This document shows positions 26,661 through 45,161 of a stretch of 64,000 bases of DNA, one piece after another (the stretch's first letter is position 1; each line of letters opens with the position of its first letter). The position numbers and the translations under genes were made by a program. The DNA is from the human T2T-CHM13v2.0 reference genome, Homo sapiens: the NCBI RefSeq assembly GCF_009914755.1, contig NC_060938.1; one strand, 5' to 3'. Under the pieces are notes generated by a model, which searched no databases, had not been told where the DNA came from, and saw nothing but the letters and a program-made list of their open reading frames with translations.

Positions 26661-27344
26661 CTGCCAGCGGCCATAGGTGAGGAGGACCATAGAAATGGGG
26701 ATGGCGGTGCCGGACATGGCATGGGTGGAGGGCATGCTGTACTCAGAGTTGTAGAAGACCTCCAACTTGACCACGGGCGGCGAGGCGGGCCTCGGCCAGC
26801 GGATGATGTCCTTGGTGCACTGGCCCAGGTACATGACCAGCACCCAGATGACCACGAGCCTCCGGCCCACCAGAGGGTCCAGGTTCCAGATCCAGAAGGG
26901 GAAGAACAGGATGTAGAAGAGTTCGTTGCCCAGCTCCGTGCCGAAGCAGAACAGGCAGTAGAGCGGCCAGTTGCTCACGCGGGCCAGCTGGCCCTCCTCG
27001 CCCGTCAGCGAGTTGCGGCGCAGAGCGCCCGCGCGCCGCGGCGAGGCCGGGCCCAGCTCGGCCGCCAGCCCGTTCCGCACGCCGTTGGGGGCGCCGCCGC
27101 CGTCCGGCTTGGCCGGGCACTGATTGCGGTCGCTCCCGGGAGGCTGGGGGCCTCCAGGCGCCCCTGGCTGCCGCCCTCGCAGTCGAGGGTCTCCGGCGAG
27201 AGGCGCCTCCGCTTTCTCATCCTCCCTCCGGTCTGCTGAGCGGCGCGGCGGCGCTTCCACCCCGCACAGCCGCTGGAAACGGGCCACTTTCTGCGGGTCC
27301 TGCAGACGGCCAACCAGCTGGGCCAGGCGCTGCCTCAGCGACAT
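26661..27344 (-). CDS. SGPP1: Sphingosine-1-phosphate phosphatase 1, coding exon 1 (228 codons, [10 protein letters not shown]...LLTYGRWQ); remaining exons lie beyond the left edge of the window
   Basis: ATG at 27344-27342 in context GTTATCATGT. 684 nt open, ending at a phase-0 donor CAG|GTAGGG (26661/26660). Translation carries PAP2/lipid-phosphate-phosphatase motifs C1 (KDIIRWPRP) and C2 (PSTH) plus hydrophobic TM segments. N-terminus recognised as SGPP1. Confidence 0.97.
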
Positions 27345-27800
27345 GATAACGGAACCCCCGGCAAGGCGGGCCGGCCTCCGGCGCAGCCCCGAACTGTCCC
27401 CGCGCTCCTGGCCAGCGGCAGCGGAACCGGCACAGCGCTCTACCCTCCGGAGTCTGCCGGGTGACGGCGCCACAGGCCGCGCGCCCCCGCCCCGCGCGCG
27501 CCGCGCCCCGCCCCGCCCAGCCCCGCCCCCACCCGGGCTCCCTGAGGGGCCGGGCCGCGCGGGTCCGCCCTGAGCGCATCCGGCCGTGGCTTGGCGCTGA
27601 GGATCGGCGGGCGGCCGCTTTGAGGTCCCGGGTAATATCCACCAGCAGGCGTCGCGGCGTACGTCTGGTGGGACGCGGCGTGTCCCCCTGCTCCACCTTC
27701 AGCCCTTCTTCTCCGCGGGCTAGTGTCGCCGGATTCCCTCAGCCAGAAGTTGACTTAAAGAGGCCACGATCCCGGTGCCAGCTTGCGCAATGCCTGTGAC
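26690..27800. promoter_or_regulatory. CpG island covering SGPP1 promoter and exon 1
   Basis: Abrupt GC- and CpG-rich block against AT-rich, CpG-depleted flanks; boundaries estimated by eye. Confidence 0.9.
27481..27532 (-). promoter_or_regulatory. Cluster of GC boxes (Sp/KLF-type GGGGCGGGG) in a TATA-less SGPP1 core promoter; G-quadruplex-capable on the minus strand
   Basis: Plus strand CCCCGCCCC / CCCCGCCCAG / CCCCGCCCCCACCC repeated 140-190 nt upstream of the ATG. Confidence 0.7.
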
Positions 27801-28871
27801 CAAGCAGCCGGGCATCCTGCTGGCACAGAACCAAATGGTGAATGATCAATGAAGGCGAAGCAACTACCATGAGTTCGGAATCATTCGACTCAAGTAATTA
27901 ACAAGTAATTACAGAGCTGTCCCAGGCGACTGATGTTCGGAAAACCATGTGCCAATTGACCAGTGGTGACAAGACTACATGTAGATCCCAAGACAGGGCC
28001 AGGTGATATTAACAGGTGTGGTCTGCAAAAGAAAAGCCAGCCACCTACAAATTCAAAATACTGTGTCATTTATCAAATATTTTGGTATATGTTAAGGGAG
28101 CACAGGTGTTCTTAAGTGTAAAATTTCCTTTTCCTAGATTCTAATACCTAGAGGGCTTGCACAGAATAAATGTAGAGAATGAATGCAGTGTATAGATTTT
28201 TGAGTTTGGTAACGTTAATTTAGACGCTTAACTTCCGTGTCTCACAAGTTACCAACTTGACTTCTAGCTAGAGCAGTTTATAAGGTCTCTGAACTCCTCA
28301 GGTCAGGTGAATGTCTTTTATATATACCTAGAGAGAGAGAGATGAGACAGGGTCTCGCTATATTGCCCAGGCTGGTCTCCAACTCCTGGGCTGAAGTGAT
28401 TCTCCTGCCTTGGCCTCTCAAAGTGCTGTGTTTACAGGCGTGAGCCACCACACCCGCCATGATCAGGTGAATGTCTGTAATTAAAGAATGTGAACTACTT
28501 CCAAGAAACAGGCTTGAAATTGTCCCATGCCCTTAAAACAGTAGAAATACTTTCCTTCAGGCGTGGTAGTTCATGCCTATAATCTCAGCACTTTGGGAGG
28601 TCGAGGAGGGAGGATGGCTTGAGTCCAGGAGTTTGACAACAGCCTGGGCAACATAGGGAGATCCCACCTCTACAAAAAATGAACAAAATTAGCCGGGCAG
28701 GGCTGGGCACAGTGGCTCACGCCTGTAACCCCAACACTTTGGGAGGCCAAGGCGGGCGGATCACCTGAGGTCGGGAGTTCAAGACCGGCCTGACCCACAT
28801 GGAGAAACCCCGTCTCCACTAAAAATACAAAATTAGCCGGGCGGGGTGGTGCATGCCTGTAATCCCAGCTA

Positions 28872-28979
<108 letters not shown>

Positions 28980-29628
28980 TCAAAAAAAAAAAAAGAAAAT
29001 TAACCGGGCATGGTGGCCCACACCTGTAGTCCCAGATAACTGGGGGACTGAGGCGGGAGGATTATTTAAGCCCGGGAGGTCAAGGCTGCGGTGAGCCCTG
29101 ATTGTGCCATTGCAATTCCAGCCTGGGTAACAGAGTAAGACCCTATCTTAAAAAAAAAAAAAAAAAAAAAATTTCATTTCGCAGGGACAGGTACTCTCCT
29201 CCTCCCACTCCACTTGCTAGGCTGTGGCCATAGAAAGAGGAATAAATCATCACCCATGCTCTCAAGTTGTTCACAGTTTAGGGGAGATAAAGAAAGACAG
29301 GACTACTTCTAGAGTATAGAGAAGATGGCAAGTGTAAAACAGACATAAACAGCATGCCTCAGAAAGGAGGACAAGTTTGACTAGGAACAGGAAGAAAGGT
29401 GTTAGGAGGTGATCCTGTAGAGCTGGATTGTTTTACAGAGCAAAATATGAATAGGTGAAGAAGCCCATTTTAGGAAGAGAAAGTGAAGGAAGATAGGGAT
29501 ATGCAAAAATGTATTTGGTAAACAATAGTCCATAGAGACCAGGTGCAGTGGCTCACTCCTTTGATCCCAGCACTTTGGGAAGCTGAGGTGGGAGGATCAC
29601 TTGAGGTCAGTAGTTTGACACCAGCCTA

Positions 29629-30066
<438 letters not shown>

Positions 30067-30604
30067 TTAGAGGTTACGGGGTGCTACGATTGTACCACTG
30101 CACTCCAGCCTGAGCAGCAGAGTAAGACCTTGTCTCAAACAGTAAAAATTAAAAAATGAAAAAAAAAACCAAAAAACAATAGCATATAGCATAGAGTAGC
30201 AAGGGTGATTGGAAATGGGATTACAAAGGGAGGATAGGATTAGGTTGTAAATCCTTGAATACCAAAGGGATTTAATTTTGTAGGCAGTGGGAGCCATGGA
30301 AGGCTTTTAGGCTAGGGAGTGACACCATCAGAACTGTGTTTTAGAAAGATAACTGGGAAAGAAATCAAAGACGATTGTCAGAGGTCAGAGAGTGAAGGCT
30401 AGGTAAATAATTAGAAGATTATTGCAGTCATCAGGTGAGAAACAATGACAGCCTGAACTAGGACCTTGGTTCTGGGGGATTGGAAGCGGGGGATAGATTT
30501 GAATGAAATTTTGGAACTAGGAAAAAATTAAAATGTTTCATTTGAATTCATAGGACTGCAGGCAAATATTAGTCTGTTCCTGGTTAGAACAAACTTGTGT
30601 CTAA

Positions 30605-30789
<185 letters not shown>

Positions 30790-31833
30790 TAGTACAGACA
30801 GGGTTTCACTGTGTTAGCCAGGATGGTCTCAATCTCTTGACCTCGTGATCCGCCTGCCTTGGCCTCCCAAAGTGCTGGGATTACAGGCATGAGCCACCGA
30901 GCCTGGCCAACCCTTGTATCTAATATTGAAGCATTAGCAATGTAGTGAAGGAGAGAAAACATGAGAAAAAGATACAAATATATTCAAAGAAGGTGTAAAG
31001 CCAGGTATACTAAACAGCTCTGGAAAAATGAGACATAAAGTAATCACTCTGTGGAGTAAGCAGAGAGGTGGCATTGGATTCTCTATGAATGGTTCTGTGA
31101 AACAGATGATTCGTTGGCATTTGAAGACAAGGAGCATCTTGGTTTATAGAGAGAAGGGGAGAACAGCATCAGGCTGAGGGATTGTGTATGTGCTTTTCTG
31201 TCAAAATAATTTGATTACAAGGGAATTATTCAGATTCATCTGAGGAATTTCCTGGTCTAGGGTCTGTTTATCCCAGAGATGGCAGAGGAAGAGGAAAGTA
31301 TGTAAAACAAAGTAGAGGTGATCATTAGATCCCATGGCTGCATTATGAGTCCTTTAGCGCTGGTATATTTTGTCAGAATGCAATATCCCCTTTAACAGTA
31401 ATGGGAACAAAGGTGATGGAGAAATGGAAATTTGACCTATAACTGCACTAAACAGGAAAAATAATACAAGCTGACAAAACTTGAAGGAGCTGACACTGGT
31501 GCAATAAATCATTGTTAATGAGAGGGACAAGGTCTTACCTACATACCAAAGAGCCATGGTATAAAGAATAGTAGTTTTGGTGGTTTCTACCCACATTCCC
31601 TCTGAAATTTTCCTAATAGAATATCTTAAAATTTAATAGAAATTTAACTATAGGCCAGGCACAGTGGGTCATGCCTGTAATCCCAAAATTTTGGGAGGCC
31701 AAGGCAGGAGGATTGCTTGAGGCCAGGAGGTCAAGACCAGCCTGGGCAATGTGGTGAGACCCTGCCTCTAAGAAAAAGAAAAAAGTAAAAAGAAAACAAA
31801 AAAATTTAACTATATTAAAAGATTCAAATATAA

Positions 31834-32338
<505 letters not shown>

Positions 32339-32831
32339 TGATCCACCCACCTTGGCCTCCCAAAGTACTGGGATTTTAGGTGTGAGCCACCTGGCCCAGC
32401 CCTGAGTTTAATTTTATACATTACTAAAATATTTTTTTGACACAGATATTCTATAAAGGTAAAATGTTGCTGTCATTTCTAATGGAACTTTCATAAAAGT
32501 AGTAAGGAAACAATATGCAGTCTTAGCCTTGGACATTTTACCTTCCATAGGCAAATTAAGTTTGTACTTTATTATATTGGATTGAGATAAATCACTGATT
32601 CAGCTACTTTTACAATGAGGTCAAAGAACTTTATCTTTAGAAATATACATTCTAAGTAATTTACGTTCACAACTATTTTACTTAAAATTATAATATTCAT
32701 TTTAAACTGAATATTTATTGCCATTAACTTGTTTTCTTTTGCCTATCTGGAACCTAGTTTAATTTTTTATTGTTAAATGATAAAATGTATATATATTGCA
32801 AACTATTTGCCATAAATTGTTAACATTATAG

Positions 32832-33062
<231 letters not shown>

Positions 33063-33901
33063 TGATCCACCCACCTTGGCCTCCCAAAGTGTTGGGATTA
33101 CAGGCATGAGCTACCGTGCCCGGCCCATTATAGAATTTTTTTATTTTTATTTTTTTAGGGACCAGGTCTCACTATGTTGCCCAGGCTGGTCTTGAACTCC
33201 TGGCCTCAAGCAATCCTCCTGCCTCACCCTCCCAAGTAGCTGGGATTACAGGTGCAAGCCATGGTACTCGGCTATTACTAGAATATTTGTGATATGTTGA
33301 TATCAGTAACAGTACATTATGGGCATCAATAAATATTCATTATGAGTATGTTATTTTTGAAAAATTAAACCTATGTTAATTAAATTCTTTATATATACAC
33401 CTAATGATTTTATCCTGCATCTTTGATTAGTTTTATTGTATTTCTCAAAAATAGGATTTCTTCTGAATTCTCAAAAATCTCTGTGATAGCACAAATGTAA
33501 ATAAAATGTGTGATGTATATTAATAAAATTTTATCATTAATGGTTAACGAGTTTTCTGCCTTCTAAGGTTTTTATGCCTCAACGTTTGAATCACCTTCTC
33601 CCAAGGTAAAATTCTAAGGGAAACTTACACAGAAATTGTCTAAAAGTATCCCAGGCAAAAAGCAAAATTAGAACAAAATAAATGAATGATAATAAATGGC
33701 CCATCACCCACTTTATTTCTAGCCCACATAGGCTGAGCTGACCGTGGAATTCTTCCTTATCGTAGAGACCATTTATACTCAGTTTTCCTTTCCCCGAACT
33801 CTGTAATATTTTTTTTAAATTACTCCCTAAGACTTTTTTCCTCTTTCTTTGTTAACAATTCTCTTCTCAGTCCTACTTTTCTTGCTCTTAAAATCTGATT
33901 G

Positions 33902-34077
33902 GGCTGGGCATGGCAGCTCACACTTGTAATTCCAGCACTTTGGGAGGCCGAGGTGGGCGGATCACCTGAGATCGGGAGTTCAAGACCAGCCTAACATGGA
34001 GAAACCCCCGTCTCTACTAAAAATACAAAATTAGCCGGACGTGGTGCCACATGCCTGTAATCCCAGCTACTCGGGAG
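33902..34077 (+). mobile_element. AluSp-like element, intact 5' end, truncated in the right arm and fused to the EIF2S2 retrocopy
   Basis: GGCTGGGCATGG...ATCGGGAGTTCAAGACC...ATGGAGAAACCCC...CCCAGCTACTCGGGAG, then directly EIF2S2 sequence; no poly-A tail of its own. Confidence 0.88.
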
Positions 34078-35625
<1,548 letters not shown>

Positions 35626-37316
35626 TCTGATTGATGCCTTTTTCCCCCCAACAATGATTGGAAATATAGATGTCGTACTGGTTCGAAATATTTTTTTTTT
35701 AAGTTCTCAGGTCTTGAAATCTCCAATCCCATCTGCACATTCACCATTTAGACATCTTGGTAAGTGTTGACTTGCCCCTAATATTTTGATGTTTATAGTA
35801 ATGAATATACTAGTGTAAATTCTCAATCAGAATGGAATATTCTAAGTGCTACAACTCTTTTAGAATTTGCCCATCAGACTTTACGGTGCTTACCAGAAAG
35901 CTCCCCTGGCCACCCTGCAAAAAAGAGAATGGAATATTCTAGTTAATTAAATTTCCTGAAGAATGTAAACTTTTAATACACTTTAGTCCTTGGTGAAAAT
36001 CATTTATAAAATGTGTTTAATATATTTTTGAATACCTATTTTCATAAGTATACTAGAATTTGCAGCCCTTTTGCATATTTTTTGTTTTATTTGTGTATTT
36101 ATTTATTTATTTATTTTTATAGAGACAGCGTTTCACCATGTTACCCAGGCTGGTCTCCAACTCCTGAGCTCAAGCCATCCACCAGCCTCTGCCTCCCAAA
36201 GTGGTGGGATTACAGGCGTGAGCCACCAAACACGACCCATCTTAACCTTTTTAACAACCTATCATTTTTGTGTGTAGATATTTGAGGACTTTCATGACTT
36301 TTAAGATCAAGATGAGAAATAGACTCAAAGATTTGTGGAGCTGGAAGGGGCTTAGAGGCCATCTTCTTAATTTCCTCATTTTATGAGAGTCACTCAGTTT
36401 ATTATGTGGTATTTGCTGACTGTGCTACGTTCTTGGAGATGCAATGTTAATAAGACATAGCTCCTGCTTTCAAGATGCTTGTGTCAAATAGTCTTTGAGA
36501 GTGCTATCCTTCTTCTAGGTTCCAGATTAGATTGGGTGTTGTGTTTTTAGCTTTCCTTCTCTGAATTCTCTCACCCATTCTTCATTCCTACTGCTACCCT
36601 AACCTAAGTTCAATTAAGAAAAGGAAGGAGTATTCTAGGAAGTGATTCAAGATTTCTTTGTTATAAAGTGAGATTTCAGAAGTCATAGTTGAATCTGTAC
36701 AAGAAACCTATAATGGCTGCTTCAAGTAGAACAAATTCTATGTTTAGCTTTTTGGTCCATCATAATCACTTCCTACCCTAGCAATTCATGCTTATTTCCT
36801 ATGGGAACAAGGACCCAGCCTTGTCCTCCAGTCAGACTTGTCTTTTCATTCATAGACTAACAACATCACTAACTCAAGGCGCCTTTCCTCTACCTGGAAT
36901 AATGGCTTTCTATCCTACCTAACTTTATCATCCCCCGTATTTAAGATTTATATTTTTCATATAATACTGAAGAAAATTGGCACCTGTGATGATCTTGCTA
37001 GAACTCTCTGGAATGCATTCCTCTGGTAACCACAGATTGGGTTCCCACCCTCTGCTGGGCCAGGGAGTGGGTTCCCTGAGATTTTTGTACTTTCAGACAG
37101 TGAGAGATTGAGGTGGTTTCTCTCCAATGGTTAAACCTTTTAAATCTAAACTTAGAAACACAGTAGACATATGTCCTACCTTTAGAGAAAGCTGGTTAGT
37201 GATGAGAGAAAGTGAAACTGCCATACCGAAAACAACAGAAACAAGACTTGGAAAGACTCCTAACAAGGTTTGGGCCCCTTGTTTCACCTCTGCAGCCCTG
37301 CCTTTTGTTTGTTTGT

Positions 37317-37347
<31 letters not shown>

Positions 37348-37394
37348 GAGACAAGGTCTCACTCTGTCACCCAGGCTGGGGTGCAGTGGCTTGA

Positions 37395-38353
<959 letters not shown>

Positions 38354-38387
38354 TAGAGGCAGAATTAGAACCAGAAGCCAGATCTGA

Positions 38388-38618
<231 letters not shown>

Positions 38619-40073
38619 TAGCTGATTTTTTGTGTTTTTTGGTAGAGACAGGGTTTCACCATGTTGCCTAGGCTGGTCTCAAACTCCTGTCTCAGGTGAT
38701 CCACTGGCCTTAGCCTCCCAAAGTACTGGGATTACAGGTGTGAGCCATGGTGCCCGGCCAATACTGCTATGTCTCAGAGGCAAGGGCCCGACCTGATGTT
38801 CTAATTTTTAAAAAGTTTTTACTAACATAGTGCTGGGAGCAAAACAGACACTGATGGGTTATACTACAAGTGTATATAGTACACTGGTATGTACTATATA
38901 CAAACACTATCTTGAATCAGAAAAGCTAGGTTTGTAGCCAGACATGGTGGCTCACACCTGTAATCCCAGCTACTGAGGCTGAGGCAGGAGAATCACTTGA
39001 ACCCAGGAGACAGAGGTTGCAGTGAGCTGAGAGCATGCCACTGCACCCCATTCCTCTATGATCTTAGGCAAATAAATCATGTACAGTCTCAGAGGTATTA
39101 TATAACTCTTCACTGCAAAATAGGAAGAATAATTGTCCTCTCTGCCTTGTAGGATTATGGAAAAAGGCTAAAATGACATTATCTATGTTAAAACTTCTTA
39201 GACTATAATGTGAATTAACAACCACACACATATAATCATAGTAGTTGTAGGAAATTGGACTGAGAGTATGCTAAGAACAGAATATACCTTGGAAACTGTA
39301 TTTGAAGTACTGAATCTGATGTCTTACTGTGATCTTAACATCTTAACCATTCAAATGTCCACCACTACCTCAAGCTCAACATCTCCAGACAGAATGCGTT
39401 CTCTTCTGCATACCTCTGCCTCTGTTTGCCACCCCTCAAATATCTTTTCCACACTGCTTTCAAAACTGCTTTCTGAAAAGCAAACTTGCTCACAGTTCTA
39501 CCCTGCTTAATACCCTTCCATGTTTCCCCTCGCCTTAAAGATGAAATTCTGATTTTTTTTGGCTTTCATGAAGGACTAAATTTAGGTTTCTCAAGATACC
39601 TGAGGAACAGCAGGTACTTGGGGTCTAATTTACAAAGAACATTGATTTCACAGAGGCTGTTTGGCTACCCACCTCACTTTTAAATATGTATATACAGGGT
39701 TTTGCCTTGTTGCCAAGGCCAGAGTGTAGTGGCTATTCATAGGCCAATCACAGGGCACTGAAGCCTCAAACTCCTGGACCCAAGCAATCCTTCTGCCTAG
39801 GCCTCCTGAGCAGCTGGGTGACAGGTGCACACAACAGTGCCTGGCTTTCACCTGTATTTTTGTACTTTTTGTTTTCCTGACCAAAGCCATGAGGTATGCA
39901 AGCTGAGGGAAGCCAGGTGATAACGAGGCCTCACATGTGAGGTCTTCATCATCCTGCTCCCACCTGCCTTTCTTACCACTGTGCTGTATCCAGTTATTCT
40001 CACCCGATGTTCAATTATTCTGAAATGAAGTTCCCTGAATATTCCATGCTCTGTGTGTTCAGACTATTTCTCT

Positions 40074-40143
40074 GTATATATATACGTGTGTGTGTGTGTG
40101 TGTGTGTGTATACACACATACACACACACACACACATATGTAT
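40074..40143. repeat. (TG)n-TATA-(CA)n inverted compound microsatellite
   Basis: TG run then CA run around a central GTATAC. Confidence 0.9.
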
Positions 40144-40144
40144 A

Positions 40145-40462
40145 ATTTGGAGGGTAGATGTTCAGATTTGCTACATGGGTATACTATACTGCATGATGCT
40201 GAGATTTGGGGTACAACTGATCCCATCACCCAGGTAGTGAGCATAGTACTCATTAGTTTTCAGCCCTTCCTCTTCACCTTTTGGGGTCCCCAGTGTCTGT
40301 TGTTTCCATCTTTATGTCCATGTGTACTCAAAGTTTAGCTCCTACTTATAAGTGAGAACATGCAGTATTTGTGTTTTTCTGTGTTAATTTGCTTAGGTAA
40401 TGGCCTCCAGCTGCATCCGTGTTGCCTCAAAGGACATTATTTCATTCTTTTTTATGGCTGCG
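40145..40462 (-). mobile_element. L1PA (older subfamily) 3' end fragment
   Basis: GATCCCATCACCCAGGTAGTGAGCATAGTAC...TTTAGCTCCTACTTATAAGTGAGAACATGCAGTATTTG. Confidence 0.75.
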
Positions 40463-40624
40463 ATTTCTCTGTCTTGAACTCGCTTCCTTCCATTTCTCAC
40501 CTGGGTGAGTCCTTCAAGACTGTCTTCTATATTAGTTCATGAGTTAGTCGAAGACAGGAACTGTGTCCTTGATTTCTATATTTCTGACCCAGAAATTTTT
40601 GTTTTTGTTGTTTGTTTGTTTTGA

Positions 40625-40783
<159 letters not shown>

Positions 40784-41452
40784 TAGTAGAGACAGGGTTT
40801 CTCCATGTTGGTCAGGCTGATCTCGAACTCCCGACCTCAGATGTTCCGCCTGCCTCGGCCTCCCAAAGTGCTGGGATTACAGGCATGAGCCACCACGCCC
40901 GGCCCAGAAATGTTTATTGAATAAACATCAGTGAATAAACTTTAGAAGTCCATTCTCATACAACTCCCCTGCAAAGATATTGAAGCCTGAAGGATGATTA
41001 AAACTTGTTTGAACCTGATTATTTGACACTGCTCTTTCCCAGGACAGCTCTTCTCTGGTCCTTATATGAATCTTTGAGGAGATCTGATGATCCTAGAGAT
41101 GCCACAGGTTCTGGTCAAACCAGTATGTTCAGTAGCTGTTTGATAATCAATTCTTTGGAATTATTTCACTTAAATGATCGCTAGAAAACAACAAGAAAGT
41201 GAAGCTTTCTCTTTTTGGATAGCCAATTTTAATAATGAAGGTAACTTTATTGGTATTTATGTGACATGTACTATCTGATGTGCCTTGCAGAGAGTAACCA
41301 ACTTAATCCTCACAACTATGTGGTAGATTTTCTTTCTATCCTCATCCCACATATGAAAATTTGAGGTACAGAAACATTAAAGAATATATTCAAGGTCATC
41401 TAGTAGCTAGTAGAGCCAGAACTCAGAAACTAGAGTCCACACTCATATGTAG

Positions 41453-41749
<297 letters not shown>

Positions 41750-41810
41750 TAGTAGAGACAGGGTTTTACCATGTTAGGCAGGATGGTCTCAATCTCTTGA
41801 CCTCGTGGTC

Positions 41811-42152
<342 letters not shown>

Positions 42153-42438
42153 TAAGAGTACCTGTTCGATATTTTCTATTCACTTGTAACCATTATTTTA
42201 GGAAATTCCATCTTCTGCCTTACAGCAAACAACATTCAACTGACTTCTGAGTCCTGAACTATCACATTATATTTAGTTTAGATATAATAAACATATGACA
42301 TATGTTACACAAAATGTTATGTGAGGCCAAAAAGGAAATTGTTTTCCATTCATTTTAATGAAAAGAACAAATATTGGCCGGGCGTGGTGACTCACACCTG
42401 TAATCCCAGCACTTTGGGAGGCTGAGGAGGGCGGATCA

Positions 42439-42793
<355 letters not shown>

Positions 42794-42837
42794 TTAAAAA
42801 TACATACGGCATACTGTAATGAAAAACAATTGTGTTA

Positions 42838-43056
<219 letters not shown>

Positions 43057-43661
43057 TCAAAGAGATTATTTCCCAAACAGGGAAGAAATAGCATTTGTGT
43101 TGAATAGAAATTCAAAGGGGTAAATTTGGGGTGTTTTTATTGTTGTTGTTGTTTTTTGAGACAGAGTCTCACTCTGTCGCCGAGGCTGGAATGCAGTGGC
43201 ACGATCTCGGCTCACTGCAACCTTCGCCTCCTGGGTTCAAGCAATTATCTTGCCTCAGCCTCCCTGTTAGCTGAGATTACAGGCACTCACCACCAAGCCC
43301 AGCTAATTTTTGTATTTCAGTAGAAACGGGGTTTCACCATGTTGGCCAGGCTGGTCTCGAACTCCTGATCTCAAGCAAACTACCCGCCTCCACCTCCCAA
43401 AGTGCTGGGATTAAAGGCATGAGCTACGGTGCCTGGCCCAGAGGGGGAAATTTTGGAAGCAAACCATTCAAGACACAGAAAAGGAGAATGAGCGAACATA
43501 GTGTTGAAGTCGTTAGAATCATTATGGGATCACTTGTCTTAAAAAACAAAACAGGCCAGGCGCGGTGGCTTAGCCTGGCCAACAGGGCAAAACCCCATCT
43601 CTACTAAAAATACAAAAATTAGCCGGGTATAGTGGCACATGCCTGTGATCCCAGCTACTTA

Positions 43662-43808
<147 letters not shown>

Positions 43809-44507
43809 TCATGCCTGTAATCCCAGCATTTTGCGGAGCCGAGGCAAATGGATGGCTTGAGCTCAGGAGTTCGAGACCAGTCTGGGCAACATGGTGAAAC
43901 CCCATCTCTACCAAAATACAAAAAAATTAGCCAGACATGGTGGTGAGCATCTGTGGTCTCAGTTACTCAAGAGGCTGAGATGGGAGAATTGCTTGAGCTC
44001 AGGAGGCAGAGGTTGCAGGGAGGCGAGATCACACCACTACGCTCCAGCCTGGGTGACAGAGTGGCACCCCATCTCAAAATAAAATAAATTTAAAAAATTA
44101 AGAACAAAAACCTTTTCCAAGCACAGCTGTGTTAAAAACAAAACAAAACAAACAAACAAACAAAAAGTTTGTCTTCCTTTACCTCCTTGAATATGCATCA
44201 TTTACTATGGCACATTGCAATGTCCTATTCCCAAATAAATATAATTTTTGTTTAGAGAGCCTCTGTTAATTAGGGTAACAATGGTGAGACTAGAAATAGC
44301 TAGGTAGGTTTGTAGGTTTTTAAAACAGCTGAAAGTGTTCATTAGAGAATGAAGAGATGAGGTTAAACCTCACTGTGGAAAAATTTAAAATCGATGCTAC
44401 AAAATTGTACTTTATTCTTTGGCAACAGAGAGCTACAAAAAGGAACAAAAAGAGGACAAAAGAATGCTGGGATTGGAATAGTAATCTTTAGGAAGACTAA
44501 TTTGCTA

Positions 44508-44924
<417 letters not shown>

Positions 44925-45161
44925 CTAAGATGGGAGCTGAGGAATCTAGATAGTAATGTAATGGGGAAAGATGAGGTTATTAAGGTCCTGAACAAGAGGA
45001 GTGGCAAGGGATAGGAGAGGCAGAGGTAGGGTATTCAGAAAATATCTCCTGTTAGAATAAAATAATATAAAATCAATTTTTAGAATTCTACATACAAAGA
45101 TAGACTATGCCAACTAAAAACCAAATCCAACAGAATTATTATGGTGGGGAGAGGACTGCTG

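Noticed and set aside
27345-27473. 43-codon in-frame N-terminal extension of SGPP1 in the ORF track
   Set aside because: It starts at a non-ATG codon next to the GC boxes, probably at or beyond the TSS. GC-rich DNA lacks stops by chance, and the real ATG has A at -3.
26547-27799. Overlapping antisense and alternate-frame ORFs (230, 149, 159, 125, 112 aa) in the CpG island
   Set aside because: Low-complexity R/P/G/A translations expected from GC-rich sequence and from the shadow of the real exon; no recognisable domains.
39929-39942. 14-bp perfect palindrome CCTCACATGTGAGG
   Set aside because: A few palindromes of this length are expected by chance in 64 kb; no supporting context.
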